Origin: an uncultured Ottowia sp.
GTDB taxonomy: Bacteria; Pseudomonadota; Gammaproteobacteria; Burkholderiales; Burkholderiaceae_C
Length of the DNA stretch: 64,000 nucleotides
Reading direction: 5' to 3'
NCBI GenBank assembly: GCA_964534975.1
Contig: CAZHSD010000005.1
Span: 28,090 to 92,089, forward strand
The first letter of the stretch is position 1, and the number at the start of each line of letters is the position of its first letter. The notes beneath the pieces were generated by a model that saw only the letters and a program-made list of their open reading frames with translations, searched no databases and was not told where the DNA came from. A program made the translations under genes and the position numbers. Of the stretch, positions 52,275 to 63,455 are shown piece by piece.

Positions 52275-55200
52275 ATGCCGAACAACACGCACACTTCCTC
52301 CCGCTGGCAGTTCTGGATTGACCGCGGCGGCACCTTCACCGACATCGTCGCCAAGCGGCCCGATGGCGAACTCATCACGCACAAGCTGCTGTCGGACAAC
52401 CCGGAGCAGTACCCCGACGCCGCGGTCGCCGGCATCCGCCAGCTGCTGAAGCTGCAGCCCGGCGAGCCGATCACGCCGGCGCTGGTGGAGTGCGTGAAGA
52501 TGGGCACCACCGTGGCCACCAACGCGCTGCTGGAGCGCAAGGGCGAACCGACGCTGCTGGTCACCACGCGCGGCTTTCGCGACGGCCTGCGCATCGCCTA
52601 CCAGAACCGGCCGCGCCTGTTCGACCGCCACATCGTGCTGCCCGAGCTGCTGTACCGCGCCGTGGTCGAGGCCGACGAGCGCGTCGACGCCAACGGCGAG
52701 CTGGTGCGAGCGCTGGACGAAGCGCGGCTCAGGGCCGATCTGCAGGCGCAGCATGCGCAGGGGCTGCGCAGCGTGGCGATCGTCTTCATGCACGGCTACC
52801 GCTACGGCGAGCACGAGCAGGCGGCGGCGCGCATCGCGCGTGAGGCCGGCTTCACGCAGGTGTCGACCTCGCACCAGACCAGCCCGATGATGAAGTTCGT
52901 CAGTCGCGGCGACACCACGGTGGTCGATGCCTACCTGTCGCCGATCCTGCGCCGCTACGTCGAGCAGGTGGCGGCCGAGATGCCGGGCGTCAAGCTGTTC
53001 TTCATGCAGTCCTCGGGCGGCCTGGCCGATGCGCTGGCGTTCCAGGGCAAGGACGCCATCCTGTCGGGGCCGGCCGGCGGCATCGTCGGCATGGCGCGCA
53101 CGGCGGAACTGGCGTTCCGGCATGCGCCGGCCGGGCGCGGCGGCCAGACCCGGGTGATCGGTTTCGACATGGGCGGGACGTCGACCGACGTCAGCCACTA
53201 CGCCGGCCAGTTCGAGCGCGAGTTCGAGACCCAGGTGGCCGGCGTGCGCATGCGCGCGCCGATGATGAGCATCCACACCGTGGCGGCGGGCGGCGGCTCG
53301 ATCCTGCAGTTCGACGGCGCGCGCTTTCGCGTCGGCCCCGAGAGCGCGGGCGCCAACCCCGGCCCCGCCAGCTACCGGCGCGGCGGCCCGCTGGCGCTGA
53401 CCGACGCCAACGTGATGGTCGGCAAGGTGCAGCCGGCGCACTTCCCGCAGGTGTTCGGCCCGCACGGCAACGAGGCGCTGGACGCCGAGGTGGTGCGCGA
53501 GCGCTTCGCCGAGATCGCCGCCCACGAGGAGGCCGGCGGGCGCACGCCCGAGGAGGTGGCGCACGGCTTCATCCAGATCGCCGTGCAGCAGATGGCCAAC
53601 GCGATCAAGAAGATCAGCGTCGCGCGCGGCTACGACGTCACGCGCTACACGCTGCAGTGCTTCGGCGGCGCCGGCGGCCAGCACGCCTGCGGCGTGGCCG
53701 ACGCGCTCGGCATGACGCGCGTGCTGGTGCATCCGCTGGCCGGCGTGCTGTCGGCCTACGGCATGGGCCTGGCGGACCAGAACGTGATGCGCGAGACCGC
53801 GGTCGAGCTGTGCCTGGCGCCGGAGCACATCGAGTCGATGCGCGACACGCTGGCGCAGCTGGCGCTGGCGGCGCAGCAGGAGCTGGAGCGCCAGCAGGTC
53901 AGCCGCGGCGACATCCACGTGCACCGGCGCGTGCACGTGCGCTACGAGGGCACCGACTCGGCGCTGATCGTGCCGTTCCCGCACCTGCATGGCGGCGATC
54001 TGTCCGATGAGGGCGTGATGCATGCCATCACGCGCAATTTCGAGGCCGCCTACCGGCAGCGCTTCGCCTTCCTGATGCAGGGCAAGGCGATGATCGTCGA
54101 GGCGGTCTCGGTCGAGGCGGTGGTGGCGGGCGACGCGCCGAGCGAGCGGCGGCACCCGACGCATCCGGTGCGCGAGATCCCATGCCGTGACCGCGTACGC
54201 ATGTACGTGGCCGGCACCGACGGGCAGCCGGCCTGGCACGACAGCGCGCTGATCGAGCGCGCCGACCTGCGGCCGGGCGATGCGATCGAGGGGCCGGCGA
54301 TCATCGCCGAGGCGAACGCCACCACCGTGGTCGAGCCCGGCTGGCGCGCCAGCGTGACGGCGTTCGATCACATCCTGCTCGAGCGCGCGGTGCCGCGCGC
54401 GATCCAGTTCGCCGCCGGCACCAGCGTCGATCCGGTGCTGCTGGAGGTGTTCAACAACCTGTTCATGAACATCGCCGAGCAAATGGGGCTGCAGCTGCAG
54501 AACACCGCCTACTCGGTCAACATCAAGGAGCGGCTGGACTTTTCCTGCGCCTTGTTCGACGCCGAAGGCAACCTGATCGCCAACGCACCGCACATGCCGG
54601 TGCACCTGGGCAGCATGGGCGAGAGCATCAAGACCGTGATTGCGCGCAACCGCGGTAGCATGCAGCCGGGCGACGTCTACGTGCTGAACGACCCCTACCA
54701 CGGCGGCACGCACCTGCCCGACATCACCGTCATCACGCCGGTGTACCTGGACGGGCAGCCGGAGCCGATGTTCTATGTCGGCAGCCGAGGCCACCACGCC
54801 GACATCGGCGGCATCTCGCCCGGCTCGATGCCGCCGTTCTCGACCCGCATCGAGGAAGAGGGCGTGCAGATCGACAACGTCAAGCTGGTCGATCGCGGCG
54901 AGCTGTGCGAGCGCGAGATGCTGGAGCTGCTGGCCAGCGGCGAGTACCCCAGCCGCAACCCGCAGCAGAACCTGGCCGACCTGAAGGCGCAGATCGCCGC
55001 CAACGAAAAGGGCGTGCAGGAGTTGCGCAAGATGGTCGAGCAATTCGGCCTCGACGTGGTGCAGGCCTACATGCAGCACGTGCAGGACAACGCCGAGGAG
55101 TCGGTGCGCCGCGCCATCACCAAGCTGGCCGCGCGCATGCAGGGCGGGCAGTTCCAGCTGCCGCTGGACAACGGCGCGCAGATCCAGGTCCAGGTGGCCA

Positions 55201-56003
55201 TCGACGGCGAGCGGCGCACGGCGCGGATCGACTTTTCCGGCACCTCGCCGCAGCAGGGCAACAACTTCAACGCGCCGACGGCGGTCTGCATGGCGGCAGT
55301 GCTGTACGTGTTCCGCATGCTGGTGGACGACGACATCCCGCTCAACGCCGGCTGCCTGAAGCCGATCGAGGTGATCATTCCGGAAGGCAGCATGCTGCGG
55401 CCCGAGCCGCCGGCCAGCGTGGTGGCCGGCAACGTCGAGACCTCGACCTGCATCACCAACACCATCATCGGCGCGCTCGGCCTGATGGGCGCCAGCCAGT
55501 GCACGGTGAACAACTTCACCTTCGGCAACGACCGCTACCAGTACTACGAGACCATCTCGGGCGGCTCGGGCGCCGGTGGCGTGTTCGACGAACGGGGCCG
55601 GCTGGTGGGCGGCTTTCCGGGCACCAGCGTGGTGCAGACGCACATGACCAACTCGCGCATGACCGACCCCGAGGTGCTGGAGTGGCGTTTTCCGGTGCGG
55701 CTGGAAAGCTACGAAATCCGCAGCGGCTCGGGCGGCGACGGGCGCTGGCGCGGCGGCGACGGCGGCGTGCGCCGGATCCGCTTCCTGGAGCCGATGACCG
55801 CCAGCATCCTCAGCAACGGCCGCGTGCGTGGTGCCTTCGGCATGGCCGGTGGCGGCGCCGGCGCGACCGGCATCAACCGCGTGCTGCGCGCGGACGGATC
55901 GGTCGAGCAACTGGGCCACATCGGCAGCGCCGAGATGCGGCCGGGCGACATCTTCGAGATCCACACGCCGGGCGGCGGCGGCTTCGGCGGCGCGGGCGGG
56001 TGA
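52275..56003 (+). CDS. oplA: 5-oxoprolinase (fused hydantoinase A/B)
   Basis: [50 protein letters not shown]; 1242 aa. Confidence 0.92.
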   Translation: MPNNTHTSSRWQFWIDRGGTFTDIVAKRPDGELITHKLLSDNPEQYPDAAVAGIRQLLKLQPGEPITPALVECVKMGTTVATNALLERKGEPTLLVTTRGFRDGLRIAYQNRPRLFDRHIVLPELLYRAVVEADERVDANGELVRALDEARLRADLQAQHAQGLRSVAIVFMHGYRYGEHEQAAARIAREAGFTQVSTSHQTSPMMKFVSRGDTTVVDAYLSPILRRYVEQVAAEMPGVKLFFMQSSGGLADALAFQGKDAILSGPAGGIVGMARTAELAFRHAPAGRGGQTRVIGFDMGGTSTDVSHYAGQFEREFETQVAGVRMRAPMMSIHTVAAGGGSILQFDGARFRVGPESAGANPGPASYRRGGPLALTDANVMVGKVQPAHFPQVFGPHGNEALDAEVVRERFAEIAAHEEAGGRTPEEVAHGFIQIAVQQMANAIKKISVARGYDVTRYTLQCFGGAGGQHACGVADALGMTRVLVHPLAGVLSAYGMGLADQNVMRETAVELCLAPEHIESMRDTLAQLALAAQQELERQQVSRGDIHVHRRVHVRYEGTDSALIVPFPHLHGGDLSDEGVMHAITRNFEAAYRQRFAFLMQGKAMIVEAVSVEAVVAGDAPSERRHPTHPVREIPCRDRVRMYVAGTDGQPAWHDSALIERADLRPGDAIEGPAIIAEANATTVVEPGWRASVTAFDHILLERAVPRAIQFAAGTSVDPVLLEVFNNLFMNIAEQMGLQLQNTAYSVNIKERLDFSCALFDAEGNLIANAPHMPVHLGSMGESIKTVIARNRGSMQPGDVYVLNDPYHGGTHLPDITVITPVYLDGQPEPMFYVGSRGHHADIGGISPGSMPPFSTRIEEEGVQIDNVKLVDRGELCEREMLELLASGEYPSRNPQQNLADLKAQIAANEKGVQELRKMVEQFGLDVVQAYMQHVQDNAEESVRRAITKLAARMQGGQFQLPLDNGAQIQVQVAIDGERRTARIDFSGTSPQQGNNFNAPTAVCMAAVLYVFRMLVDDDIPLNAGCLKPIEVIIPEGSMLRPEPPASVVAGNVETSTCITNTIIGALGLMGASQCTVNNFTFGNDRYQYYETISGGSGAGGVFDERGRLVGGFPGTSVVQTHMTNSRMTDPEVLEWRFPVRLESYEIRSGSGGDGRWRGGDGGVRRIRFLEPMTASILSNGRVRGAFGMAGGGAGATGINRVLRADGSVEQLGHIGSAEMRPGDIFEIHTPGGGGFGGAGG

Positions 56004-56022
56004 TCGGCCGCCGGCAGGGCGG

Positions 56023-56895
56023 CTACAGCCGGTAGAACGCGCGGATGCAGTCCCAGGCTTGCTGTGGCGTGTCGACCAGGGTGTAGAGCTCCAGGTCCTC
56101 GGGCGCGATCGCGCCGGCGTCGACCAGCACCTCCAGGTTGAGCAGGCGCCGCCAGTAGTCGCGGTCGTACAGCACGATCGGCACCGGCTTGGCCTTGCGC
56201 GTCTGCACCAGGGTCAGCACCTCGAACAGCTCGTCCAGCGTGCCGAAGCCGCCCGGGAAGGCGACCAGCGCGCTGGCGCGCATCAGGAAGTGCATCTTGC
56301 GCAGCGCGAAGTAGTGGAACTTGAACGCCAGGTGCGGCGACACGTAGGGGTTGGTGGTCTGCTCGTGCGGCAGCGCGATGTTCAGGCCCACCGAGGGCAC
56401 GCCGACGTCGTGCGCGCCGCGGTTGGCCGCTTCCATCACGCCCGGGCCGCCGCCGGTGCAGATGAACAGCCTTTCCTGCGGCGGCTGGCGCAGGCTGTAG
56501 CTGGCGACCAGGCGCCCGAACTCGCGCGCGTCGCGGTAGTAGCGCGAGGTGCGCACGGCGCGCTCGGCCAGCGCCAGCGCCGCCGCATCGCCGCCGGCCT
56601 GGGCGGCCGCCAGTTGCTGCTCGGCGATCTCGGGCGCAACGAAGCGCGCACCGCCGTAGACCACCACGGTGGCGTTGACGCCGGCGGCGGCGAGCGCCAG
56701 CTCGGGCTTGAGCAGTTCGAGCTGGAAGCGGATGCCGCGCGTTTCCTGCCGCAGCAGGAATTCGGGGTCGGCAAAGGCCAGCCGGTACGAATCGGGCTCC
56801 AGTGGTTCGCCGCGGTCGGCGTGCGCCTGCAATTCGGCCCAGGCGTCGGCCAGCGGGGAACGGGTCGAATCCTTGATGTCTTCGGTGGTTCTCAT
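56023..56895 (-). CDS. LOG family protein
   Basis: TGGGPGVMEAANRGA, FALRK, PGGFGTLDE. Confidence 0.92.
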   Translation of the reverse strand: MRTTEDIKDSTRSPLADAWAELQAHADRGEPLEPDSYRLAFADPEFLLRQETRGIRFQLELLKPELALAAAGVNATVVVYGGARFVAPEIAEQQLAAAQAGGDAAALALAERAVRTSRYYRDAREFGRLVASYSLRQPPQERLFICTGGGPGVMEAANRGAHDVGVPSVGLNIALPHEQTTNPYVSPHLAFKFHYFALRKMHFLMRASALVAFPGGFGTLDELFEVLTLVQTRKAKPVPIVLYDRDYWRRLLNLEVLVDAGAIAPEDLELYTLVDTPQQAWDCIRAFYRL

Positions 56896-56950
56896 GATTT
56901 GCTATTGTTATTGAAGCTGCAGCTGCAATATACCCGCATGCTTTCAAAGC

Positions 56951-56977
56951 AAAAAAGCCACGCGCTGGCGTGGCTTT
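56951..56977 (-). terminator. Intrinsic terminator downstream of efp
   Basis: AAAGCCACGC-N4-GCGTGGCTTT with a 6-U tract on the minus strand. Confidence 0.75.
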
Positions 56978-57071
56978 GTGCGGTTTTCCGGGTCGCGCAT
57001 GGATGCGCGCCTGGCCAGGCCGTCGCGCCAGCTCCTCGACGGGAGATGGCGTAGCCCTCACAGGGCCGGCA

Positions 57072-57626
57072 TCACACCCGCTTGCGGTATTCGCCGGTGC
57101 GGGTGTCGATCTCGATCTTGTCGCCCTGGTTGACGAACAGCGGCACGGCGACCTCGAAGCCGGTGGCGATCTTGGCCGGTTTCAGCACCTTGCCCGAAGT
57201 GTCGCCCTTGACGGCCGGCTCGGTCCAGGTGATCTCGCGCTCGACCACGGTGGGCAGTTCGACCGAGATTGCCTTGCCGTCGTAGAACACCACCTCGACG
57301 GCCATGCCGTCTTCCAGGTAGTTCAGCGCGTCGCCCATGTTCTCGGCTTCGACCTCGTACTGGTTGTATTCGCCGTCCATGAACACGTACATCGGGTCGG
57401 CGAAGTAGGAGTAGGTGCACTCCTTGTGGTCCAGGATGACCTGGTCCATCTTGTCGTCGGCCTTGAACACCACTTCGGTGCCCATGTTGCTGAGCAGGGC
57501 CTTGAGCTTCATGCGCACGGTGGAGGCACCACGGCCGCCGCGGGCGTATTCGGTCCTGAGGACGATCATCGGATCCTTGCCGTGCATGATGACGTTGCCG
57601 GCGCGGATTTCCTGGGCGATTTTCAT
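57072..57626 (-). CDS. efp: Elongation factor P (Arg32 type)
   Basis: [18 protein letters not shown] loop, [16 protein letters not shown]. Confidence 0.97.
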   Translation of the reverse strand: MKIAQEIRAGNVIMHGKDPMIVLRTEYARGGRGASTVRMKLKALLSNMGTEVVFKADDKMDQVILDHKECTYSYFADPMYVFMDGEYNQYEVEAENMGDALNYLEDGMAVEVVFYDGKAISVELPTVVEREITWTEPAVKGDTSGKVLKPAKIATGFEVAVPLFVNQGDKIEIDTRTGEYRKRV

Positions 57627-57781
57627 GGGGTGAGCCTCCAACAATGGCGTGAGCGAGGGCCGCTCGTGCATTGGATGTCTACCGGGTGTCTGCCGGATGC
57701 TGGATCTGTGCGCGCTGCGGCGAAGAAGCGAAAAAGCGGCGCCAGCTGGCACCGGCGGCGTTTTTCGCAAAGCCTTGTATT

Positions 57782-59038
57782 CTAGCGCTTTTCGGCCACG
57801 AAACCTGTCAGCTGGGTGCACAAGTCCTGCTGTGCCAGCAGGCGCTCGCGAGCGGCCAGTGCGCAGGCGTGCCAGGCGGGCAGATCGGGCGCCGGCAGGC
57901 ATCCGACTTCGATGCCGTTCCAGACGCGGTGAAAGCACCGCAGCGAGGGCGGCGCCTGCAGCCAGTCGAGAAAGGCCTCCAGCTTGGCGTGATGCGCCTG
58001 GTCGTGCTGCGGGTAGACCTGCCAGACGAAGGGCCGGCCGGCCCACAGCGCGCGCACCAGCGAGTCCTCGCCGCGCACGAAGTTGAGCTCGCAGCCCCAC
58101 AGCAGTTCGTCGTAGCCGGTTTGGGGGAACTGGGGCAGATAGGAAATGTGTAACACACCGCCCAGATAAGGCACTGGCGCGCTGTCTTTTCCCTCTCCAC
58201 CCGCAGGGAGGAGAGGGAAGGGTGAGGGGGGCGGGCGTGCAGCGCCCGTGACAGCGTGCGATGTTGACGCGTCCCTACCCTCACCCCAACCCTCTCCCGC
58301 CGGCGGGAGCGGGGGCAATGCATCCAGCGCGCTGCGGACGGCTTGACTGGCGCGGCCGGCGGTGACCAGCAGCCGCGTCGGCCGGCTGGTGCGGCGCAAC
58401 TGGGCCAGCAGCGCGTCCAGGCCGGGCGGCTCGTAGCAGAACAGCGAGATCAGTGTGGTGCCCTCGTCGCCCGCCCCGTGCCGGGCGCGCCAGCCGGCAC
58501 GATCAAAGGACGACTCGCGTTCGGCCAGTTCGCGCTCGCGCAGCAGCCCGCCGGTGCGCGGCGTGAAGCCGGGGTAGAAGAACCACTTGGTCCAGCCCGC
58601 CGCCGGGCCGTGCAGCACCGGCGAGGGCAGCCCATGCATGCGCTCGACGTAGCGCTCGGCGCTGAGGTATTCGAGGTTGATCCAGACCGGCGGTGCCGCG
58701 CCGTGCGCGCCGCCGGCACGCACGGCCGTCGCGCGGTGGGCGATGAACGGCGCTGGCAGTTCGCAGCCGAAGGCTTCGATCCACACCCTGGCGTGCGGCA
58801 AGGTGTTCAGCAGCGCGGTGTCGGTGGACGCGGTCCAGGGCAGCACGCGCACGCCGGGCACGGCGCCTTGCAGCGCACCGGGCGCCATCCAGTCCAGCGC
58901 GCGCGCGTCGTCCACCCACAGCCGCAGCTCGTGCCCGCGCGCGGCCAGCTCGCGCGCCAGGCGCCAGCACACGCCCAGGTCGCCGTGGTTGTCGACGACC
59001 CGGCAGAAGATGTCCCAGAGCAGCGGCGTGGCAGGCAC
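57782..59038 (-). CDS. earP: EF-P arginine rhamnosyltransferase
   Basis: [46 protein letters not shown]; next to efp; start approximate. Confidence 0.95.
   Translation of the reverse strand: MPATPLLWDIFCRVVDNHGDLGVCWRLARELAARGHELRLWVDDARALDWMAPGALQGAVPGVRVLPWTASTDTALLNTLPHARVWIEAFGCELPAPFIAHRATAVRAGGAHGAAPPVWINLEYLSAERYVERMHGLPSPVLHGPAAGWTKWFFYPGFTPRTGGLLRERELAERESSFDRAGWRARHGAGDEGTTLISLFCYEPPGLDALLAQLRRTSRPTRLLVTAGRASQAVRSALDALPPLPPAGEGWGEGRDASTSHAVTGAARPPPSPFPLLPAGGEGKDSAPVPYLGGVLHISYLPQFPQTGYDELLWGCELNFVRGEDSLVRALWAGRPFVWQVYPQHDQAHHAKLEAFLDWLQAPPSLRCFHRVWNGIEVGCLPAPDLPAWHACALAARERLLAQQDLCTQLTGFVAEKR
58190..58315. repeat. Palindromic REP-like element inserted in frame in earP
   Basis: Inverted units CCCTCTCC..GGAGAGGGAAGGGTGAGGG (58190-58229) and CCCTCACCCCAACCCTCTCCCG..CGGGAG (58278-58315). 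Confidence 0.8.
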
Positions 59039-59102
59039 GCGGCGATTGTGCCTTTGGCGCGGCGTGCGGACGCAGCCGCGGCGCGTTCGTACACTCGGAC
59101 GC

Positions 59103-61106
59103 ATGAGCGAGATCGAGTTGCCGGCCGCGGGCGACGGTCCCGGTGCCAAACCGGTGGACCACAGCGCCGAATTGCTGGCGCAGGTGGCGGCGCTGCCGAA
59201 CCTGCCGGGCGTCTACCGCTACCACGACGCCGCCGGCAAGGTGCTGTACGTCGGCAAGGCGCGCGACCTGAGGAAGCGCGTGGCGAGCTACTTCAGCAAG
59301 AACCACGGCGGCACGCGCATCGGCCACATGGTGGGCAAGATCGCGCGGCTGAACACCACCGTGGTGCGCTCCGAGGCCGAGGCCTTGATCCTGGAAAACA
59401 ACCTGATCAAGCAGCTTCTTCCTAAGTACAACATCCTGTTTCGCGACGACAAGAGCTACCCGTACCTGAAGCTGACCGGCACCGGCGTGTTGGTGTCCGA
59501 TCCGGGTCCGGGGCCGGCCAACCCGGACGCCTACGCGCGCATGGCCTACTACCGCGGCAGCACCGACAAGCGGCACCGCTATTTCGGCCCCTATCCCGGC
59601 GCCTGGGCGGTCAAGGACACCATCCACCTGCTGCAGAAGGTGTTTCGCATCCGCACCTGCGAGGATACGGTGTTCGCCAACCGCACCCGGCCCTGCCTGC
59701 TGTATCAGATCAAGCGCTGCAGCGCGCCCTGCGTGCGCTTCATCAGCGCCGGGGACTACGCTGCCGACGTGGCGCATGCCGAGCAGTTCCTGCGCGGCGA
59801 GACGCAGGAGCTGCTGCGCGAGCTGGAGCGCCGCATGATGGCGCACGCCGAGCTGCTTCAGTTCGAGCAGGCGGCCGAGATCCGCAACCAGATCGGCGCG
59901 CTGTCGCGCGTGCTGCACCAGCAGGCGGTGGAAGTCGGCGGCGACGCCGACGTCGACATCCTGGCCGTCAAGGTGCAGGGCGGACGCGCCTGCGTCAACC
60001 TGGCCATGGTGCGCGGCGGGCGCCACCTGGGTGACCGCGCCTACTTCCCGAGCCAGGTGGAGGATGCGCAGGCGATCGCCGATGCCATGGCGGCGGCGCA
60101 GGACGACGCCGAGCTGCCCACGCTGGAAGCGCGCGTGCTGGACGCCTTCATCGCGCAGCACTACCTGGGCGTGCCGGCGCCGGCGCAGCTGATCACCAGC
60201 GAGCCGGTCAGCAGCTCGCTGCTCAAGGCGCTCTCCGACAAGGAGGAGGTCAGGATCAGCGCCACCCACGCGCCGCGCGGCCAGCGCCGCGTGTGGCTGG
60301 AGATGGCCGAGCAGAACGCCGGCCTGCAACTGGCGCGCCTGCTGGCCGAGGAAGGCTCGCAGCAGGCGCGCACGCGCGCGCTGGCCGAGGCGCTGGACCT
60401 GCCCATCGAGAACCTCGACGAGCTGCGCATCGAGTGCTTCGACATCAGCCACACCGCGGGCGAGGCCACGCAGGCCAGCTGTGTGGTGTTCCAGGGCCAC
60501 CGCATGGCCAGCAGCGACTACCGCCGCTACCGCATCGAGGGCATCACGCCCGGCGACGACTACGCCGCCATGCGCCAGGTGCTGGAGCGCCGCTACGCCA
60601 AGATCGCCGAGGCGCTGCGCGAGCAGGGCGGCGGCGAGGCCATCACGCGCGCCGCGCGCATGCCCGAGCTGGTGCTGGTCGACGGCGGCAAGGGCCAGGT
60701 GGCGGTGGCGCGCGAGGTGTTTGAGCAGCTCGGGCTGAACCTGTCGCTGATCGTCGGCGTCGAGAAGGGCGAGGGCCGCAAGGTCGGCCTGGAGGAACTG
60801 GTGTTCGCCGACGGGCGCGAGAAGCTGAGCCTGGGCCACGACTCGGCGGCGCTGATGCTGATCGCGCAGATCCGCGACGAGGCGCACCGCTTCGCCATCA
60901 CCGGCATGCGCGCGCAGCGTGCCCGCGTGCGCGTGGGCGGCAGCCGCATCGAGGAGATCCCCGGCGTCGGCCCCAAGCGGCGCGCGCGCCTGCTGCAGCG
61001 CTTCGGCGGCGTGCGCGGGGTGGAAAACGCCAGCGTCGACGACCTGGCGACCGTGGACGGCATCTCGCGCACGCTGGCCGAGCAGATCTATCGCGCGCTG
61101 CACTGA
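59103..61106 (+). CDS. uvrC: Excinuclease ABC subunit C
   Basis: [31 protein letters not shown], HhH. Confidence 0.97.
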   Translation: MSEIELPAAGDGPGAKPVDHSAELLAQVAALPNLPGVYRYHDAAGKVLYVGKARDLRKRVASYFSKNHGGTRIGHMVGKIARLNTTVVRSEAEALILENNLIKQLLPKYNILFRDDKSYPYLKLTGTGVLVSDPGPGPANPDAYARMAYYRGSTDKRHRYFGPYPGAWAVKDTIHLLQKVFRIRTCEDTVFANRTRPCLLYQIKRCSAPCVRFISAGDYAADVAHAEQFLRGETQELLRELERRMMAHAELLQFEQAAEIRNQIGALSRVLHQQAVEVGGDADVDILAVKVQGGRACVNLAMVRGGRHLGDRAYFPSQVEDAQAIADAMAAAQDDAELPTLEARVLDAFIAQHYLGVPAPAQLITSEPVSSSLLKALSDKEEVRISATHAPRGQRRVWLEMAEQNAGLQLARLLAEEGSQQARTRALAEALDLPIENLDELRIECFDISHTAGEATQASCVVFQGHRMASSDYRRYRIEGITPGDDYAAMRQVLERRYAKIAEALREQGGGEAITRAARMPELVLVDGGKGQVAVAREVFEQLGLNLSLIVGVEKGEGRKVGLEELVFADGREKLSLGHDSAALMLIAQIRDEAHRFAITGMRAQRARVRVGGSRIEEIPGVGPKRRARLLQRFGGVRGVENASVDDLATVDGISRTLAEQIYRALH

Positions 61107-61201
61107 TGACGGCGGCTGTGCCGCCATGACCTCGCTGCGCCTGATGACTTCGCCGCTGGCGCGGCGTCAATGACGCGCCGAAAGGCGCGGTCATCCGTCA
61201 T
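61106..61201. repeat. ATGAC/GTCAT-anchored hairpin array, third copy
   Basis: ATGAC at 61106, 61126, 61144, 61170; GTCAT at 61190, 61197; stems GGCGGC-TGT-GCCGCC and GCGCC-GAAA-GGCGC. Confidence 0.75.
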
Positions 61202-61234
61202 CGAGCCGAACCGGCAAATGCCACAATCGCGGCC

Positions 61235-61801
61235 ATGTTCTTCACCGTGCCCACGCTGCTGACCTGGACGCGCATCGTCGCGATCCCGCTCATCTTGGGC
61301 GTGTTCTACCTGCCGCTGGCACCGACGACCGCCAACCTGGCCGCGACGCTGATGTTCATCGTGTTCGCTTGGACCGACTGGCTGGACGGCTTCCTGGCGC
61401 GCAAGCTCAACCAGACCTCGGCCTTTGGTGCCTTCCTGGACCCGGTGGCCGACAAGTTCCTGGTCTGCGCCAGCCTGCTGGTGCTGGTGCACCTGCAGCG
61501 CACCGACGTGTTCGTGGCGCTGATCATCATCGGGCGCGAGATCGCGATCTCGGCGCTGCGCGAGTGGATGGCGCGCATCGGCGCCAGCAAGAGCGTGGCG
61601 GTGCACATGCTCGGCAAGCTCAAGACCTCGGTGCAGATGATCGCCATCCCGTTCCTGCTCTACGACGGCGTGCTGCTCGGCGTCATCGACACGCATCTGT
61701 GGGGCAACGTGCTGATCTGGATCGCGGCGGTGCTGACGGTCTGGTCGATGATCTACTACCTGCAAAAAGCGTTGCCGGAAATCCGTGCCCGCGTCCAGTG
61801 A
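61235..61801 (+). CDS. pgsA: Phosphatidylglycerophosphate synthase
   Basis: TDWLDGFLAR..GAFLDPVADK, REIAISALRE; uvrC-pgsA order. Confidence 0.96.
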   Translation: MFFTVPTLLTWTRIVAIPLILGVFYLPLAPTTANLAATLMFIVFAWTDWLDGFLARKLNQTSAFGAFLDPVADKFLVCASLLVLVHLQRTDVFVALIIIGREIAISALREWMARIGASKSVAVHMLGKLKTSVQMIAIPFLLYDGVLLGVIDTHLWGNVLIWIAAVLTVWSMIYYLQKALPEIRARVQ

Positions 61802-61814
61802 ACCGGCGCCACCC

Positions 61815-62726
61815 ATGAGCACCCCCAGCGACGACAGCACCGCCACCCTGATCCGCCTGATGCCGGCGGTGTTCGTCGTGATCTGGGCCACCGGCTTCAT
61901 CGTGGCGCGCTACGGCATGCCGCACGCGCCGCCGTTCACTTTCCTGCTGTACCGCTACCTGCTGTCGATCGGCTGCTTCCTGCTCTGGATCACCATCGCC
62001 CGCGTGCGCTGGCCGCAGACCGGTCTTCAATGGATCCACCTGGCGGTGACCGGCATGCTGATGCACGGCGGCTACCTGGGCGGCGTGTGGGCGGCGGTCA
62101 AGGGCGGCATGGGCTCGGGCCTGTCGTCGCTGATCGTCGGCATCCAGCCGGTGCTGACGGCGATCTGGCTGTCGGCGGTGGCCAGCAACACGCACCGCGT
62201 CAGCCGGCGCCAGTGGCTGGGCCTGCTGCTGGGCTTTGCCGGCCTGGTGCTGGTGGTCTGGCGCAAGCTGACGCAGGGCAGCCCGGGCGACATGGTGACG
62301 CCGGTCAACCTGTCCTGGGCCATCCTGGCCCTGTTGTGCATCACCGCCGGCACCCTGTACCAGAAGCGCTTCATCAAGCCCTGCGACGTGCGCACCGCCA
62401 ACACGGTGCAGTTGATCGCCGCGGCCATCGTCACCGCGCCGATGGCGCTGCTGGAAACCGAGGCGTTCCGCTGGAACCTGGAGTCGGCCGGCGCCATGGC
62501 CTGGTCGGTGCTGGGCCTGACGCTGGGCGGCAGCTCGCTGCTGTACCTGCTGATCCAGCGCGGCGCCGCCGCCAGCGTGGCCAGCCTGATGTACCTGGTA
62601 CCGCCGACCACGGCCCTGATTGCCTGGGTCCTGTTCGGCGAGCCGATCACCGTGGCCACGGTGGTCGGCATCGCGCTGACGGCGTTCGGCGTCGCCCTGG
62701 TGGTGCGTCCGGCGCGCTCGCGCTGA
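61815..62726 (+). CDS. DMT/EamA family transporter
   Basis: IWATGF, QPVLT, GTLYQK, YLVPP. Confidence 0.9.
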   Translation: MSTPSDDSTATLIRLMPAVFVVIWATGFIVARYGMPHAPPFTFLLYRYLLSIGCFLLWITIARVRWPQTGLQWIHLAVTGMLMHGGYLGGVWAAVKGGMGSGLSSLIVGIQPVLTAIWLSAVASNTHRVSRRQWLGLLLGFAGLVLVVWRKLTQGSPGDMVTPVNLSWAILALLCITAGTLYQKRFIKPCDVRTANTVQLIAAAIVTAPMALLETEAFRWNLESAGAMAWSVLGLTLGGSSLLYLLIQRGAAASVASLMYLVPPTTALIAWVLFGEPITVATVVGIALTAFGVALVVRPARSR

Positions 62727-63019
62727 CGGCGCGCGCTGGCGGTGCCCAATGTGTCACACATTTGCCGAATTCCGGGCCCGCGTGTCGCGCAAGTGCCCGC
62801 CGGGCCGCGCCTGAGCGTGGTGAAGCCTGGATTTGGGTCTAGAATTCGACGCTCGCCATTCGGGATGAACCGGGCCGGCGGGTGCGTTTTTCGCGTCGGT
62901 TGACGCGCGTGACCGTGCCGCGGTGCGGTGCATGGCGAACAGCCAGGGCGTGAGTACCCATGCCGACGGCTCCCGATGCCGCCAAACCGATTCTCGATTC
63001 TTCAAAGAGGGGCAGCTAC

Positions 63020-63292
63020 GTGAACAAGACCGAGTTGATCGAACACATCGCCAAGAACGCCGACATTTCCAAGGCGGCGGCCACGCGCGCGCTGGAAGCC
63101 ACCATCGGCGCTGTCAAGACCACGCTGCGCAAGGGCGGCACGGTCTCCCTGGTGGGGTTCGGCACCTTTGCCGTCGGCAAGCGCGCAGCCCGTTCCGGCC
63201 GCAACCCGCGCACCGGCGCAACGATTAAAATCAAGGCTGCCAAGGTGCCCAAGTTCCGTCCCGGCAAGGCCTTGAAAGACGCCTTGAACTGA
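63020..63292 (+). CDS. hupB: HU DNA-binding protein
   Basis: (M)[30 protein letters not shown]. Confidence 0.93.
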   Translation: MNKTELIEHIAKNADISKAAATRALEATIGAVKTTLRKGGTVSLVGFGTFAVGKRAARSGRNPRTGATIKIKAAKVPKFRPGKALKDALN

Positions 63293-63311
63293 CAACGGCA
63301 CGGTTCGGGTG

Positions 63312-63387
63312 GGGTGCTTAGCTCAGTTGGTAGAGCGGCGCCCTTACAAGGCGTAGGTCGGCGGTTCGAGACCGTCAGCACCCACCA
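63312..63387 (+). tRNA. tRNA-Val (TAC)
   Basis: GGGTGCTTAGCTCAGTTGGTAGAGCGGCGCCCT-TAC-AAGGCGTAGGTCGGCGGTTCGAGACCGTCAGCACCCACCA, 76 nt. Confidence 0.97.
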
Positions 63388-63396
63388 GCGACAGCG

Positions 63397-63421
63397 AAGG
63401 CGAACCCCGGTTCGCCTTTTT
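63397..63421 (+). terminator. Intrinsic terminator after tRNA-Val
   Basis: AAGGCGAACC-CC-GGTTCGCCTTTTT. Confidence 0.85.
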
Positions 63422-63455
63422 CATTCTCGGTCAGCACTCACGCAGAGTTTCGCGC

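Noticed and set aside
57072..59038. efp-earP as a novel system
   Set aside because: EF-P Arg32 rhamnosylation is well described in Betaproteobacteria; only the insertion in earP is notable
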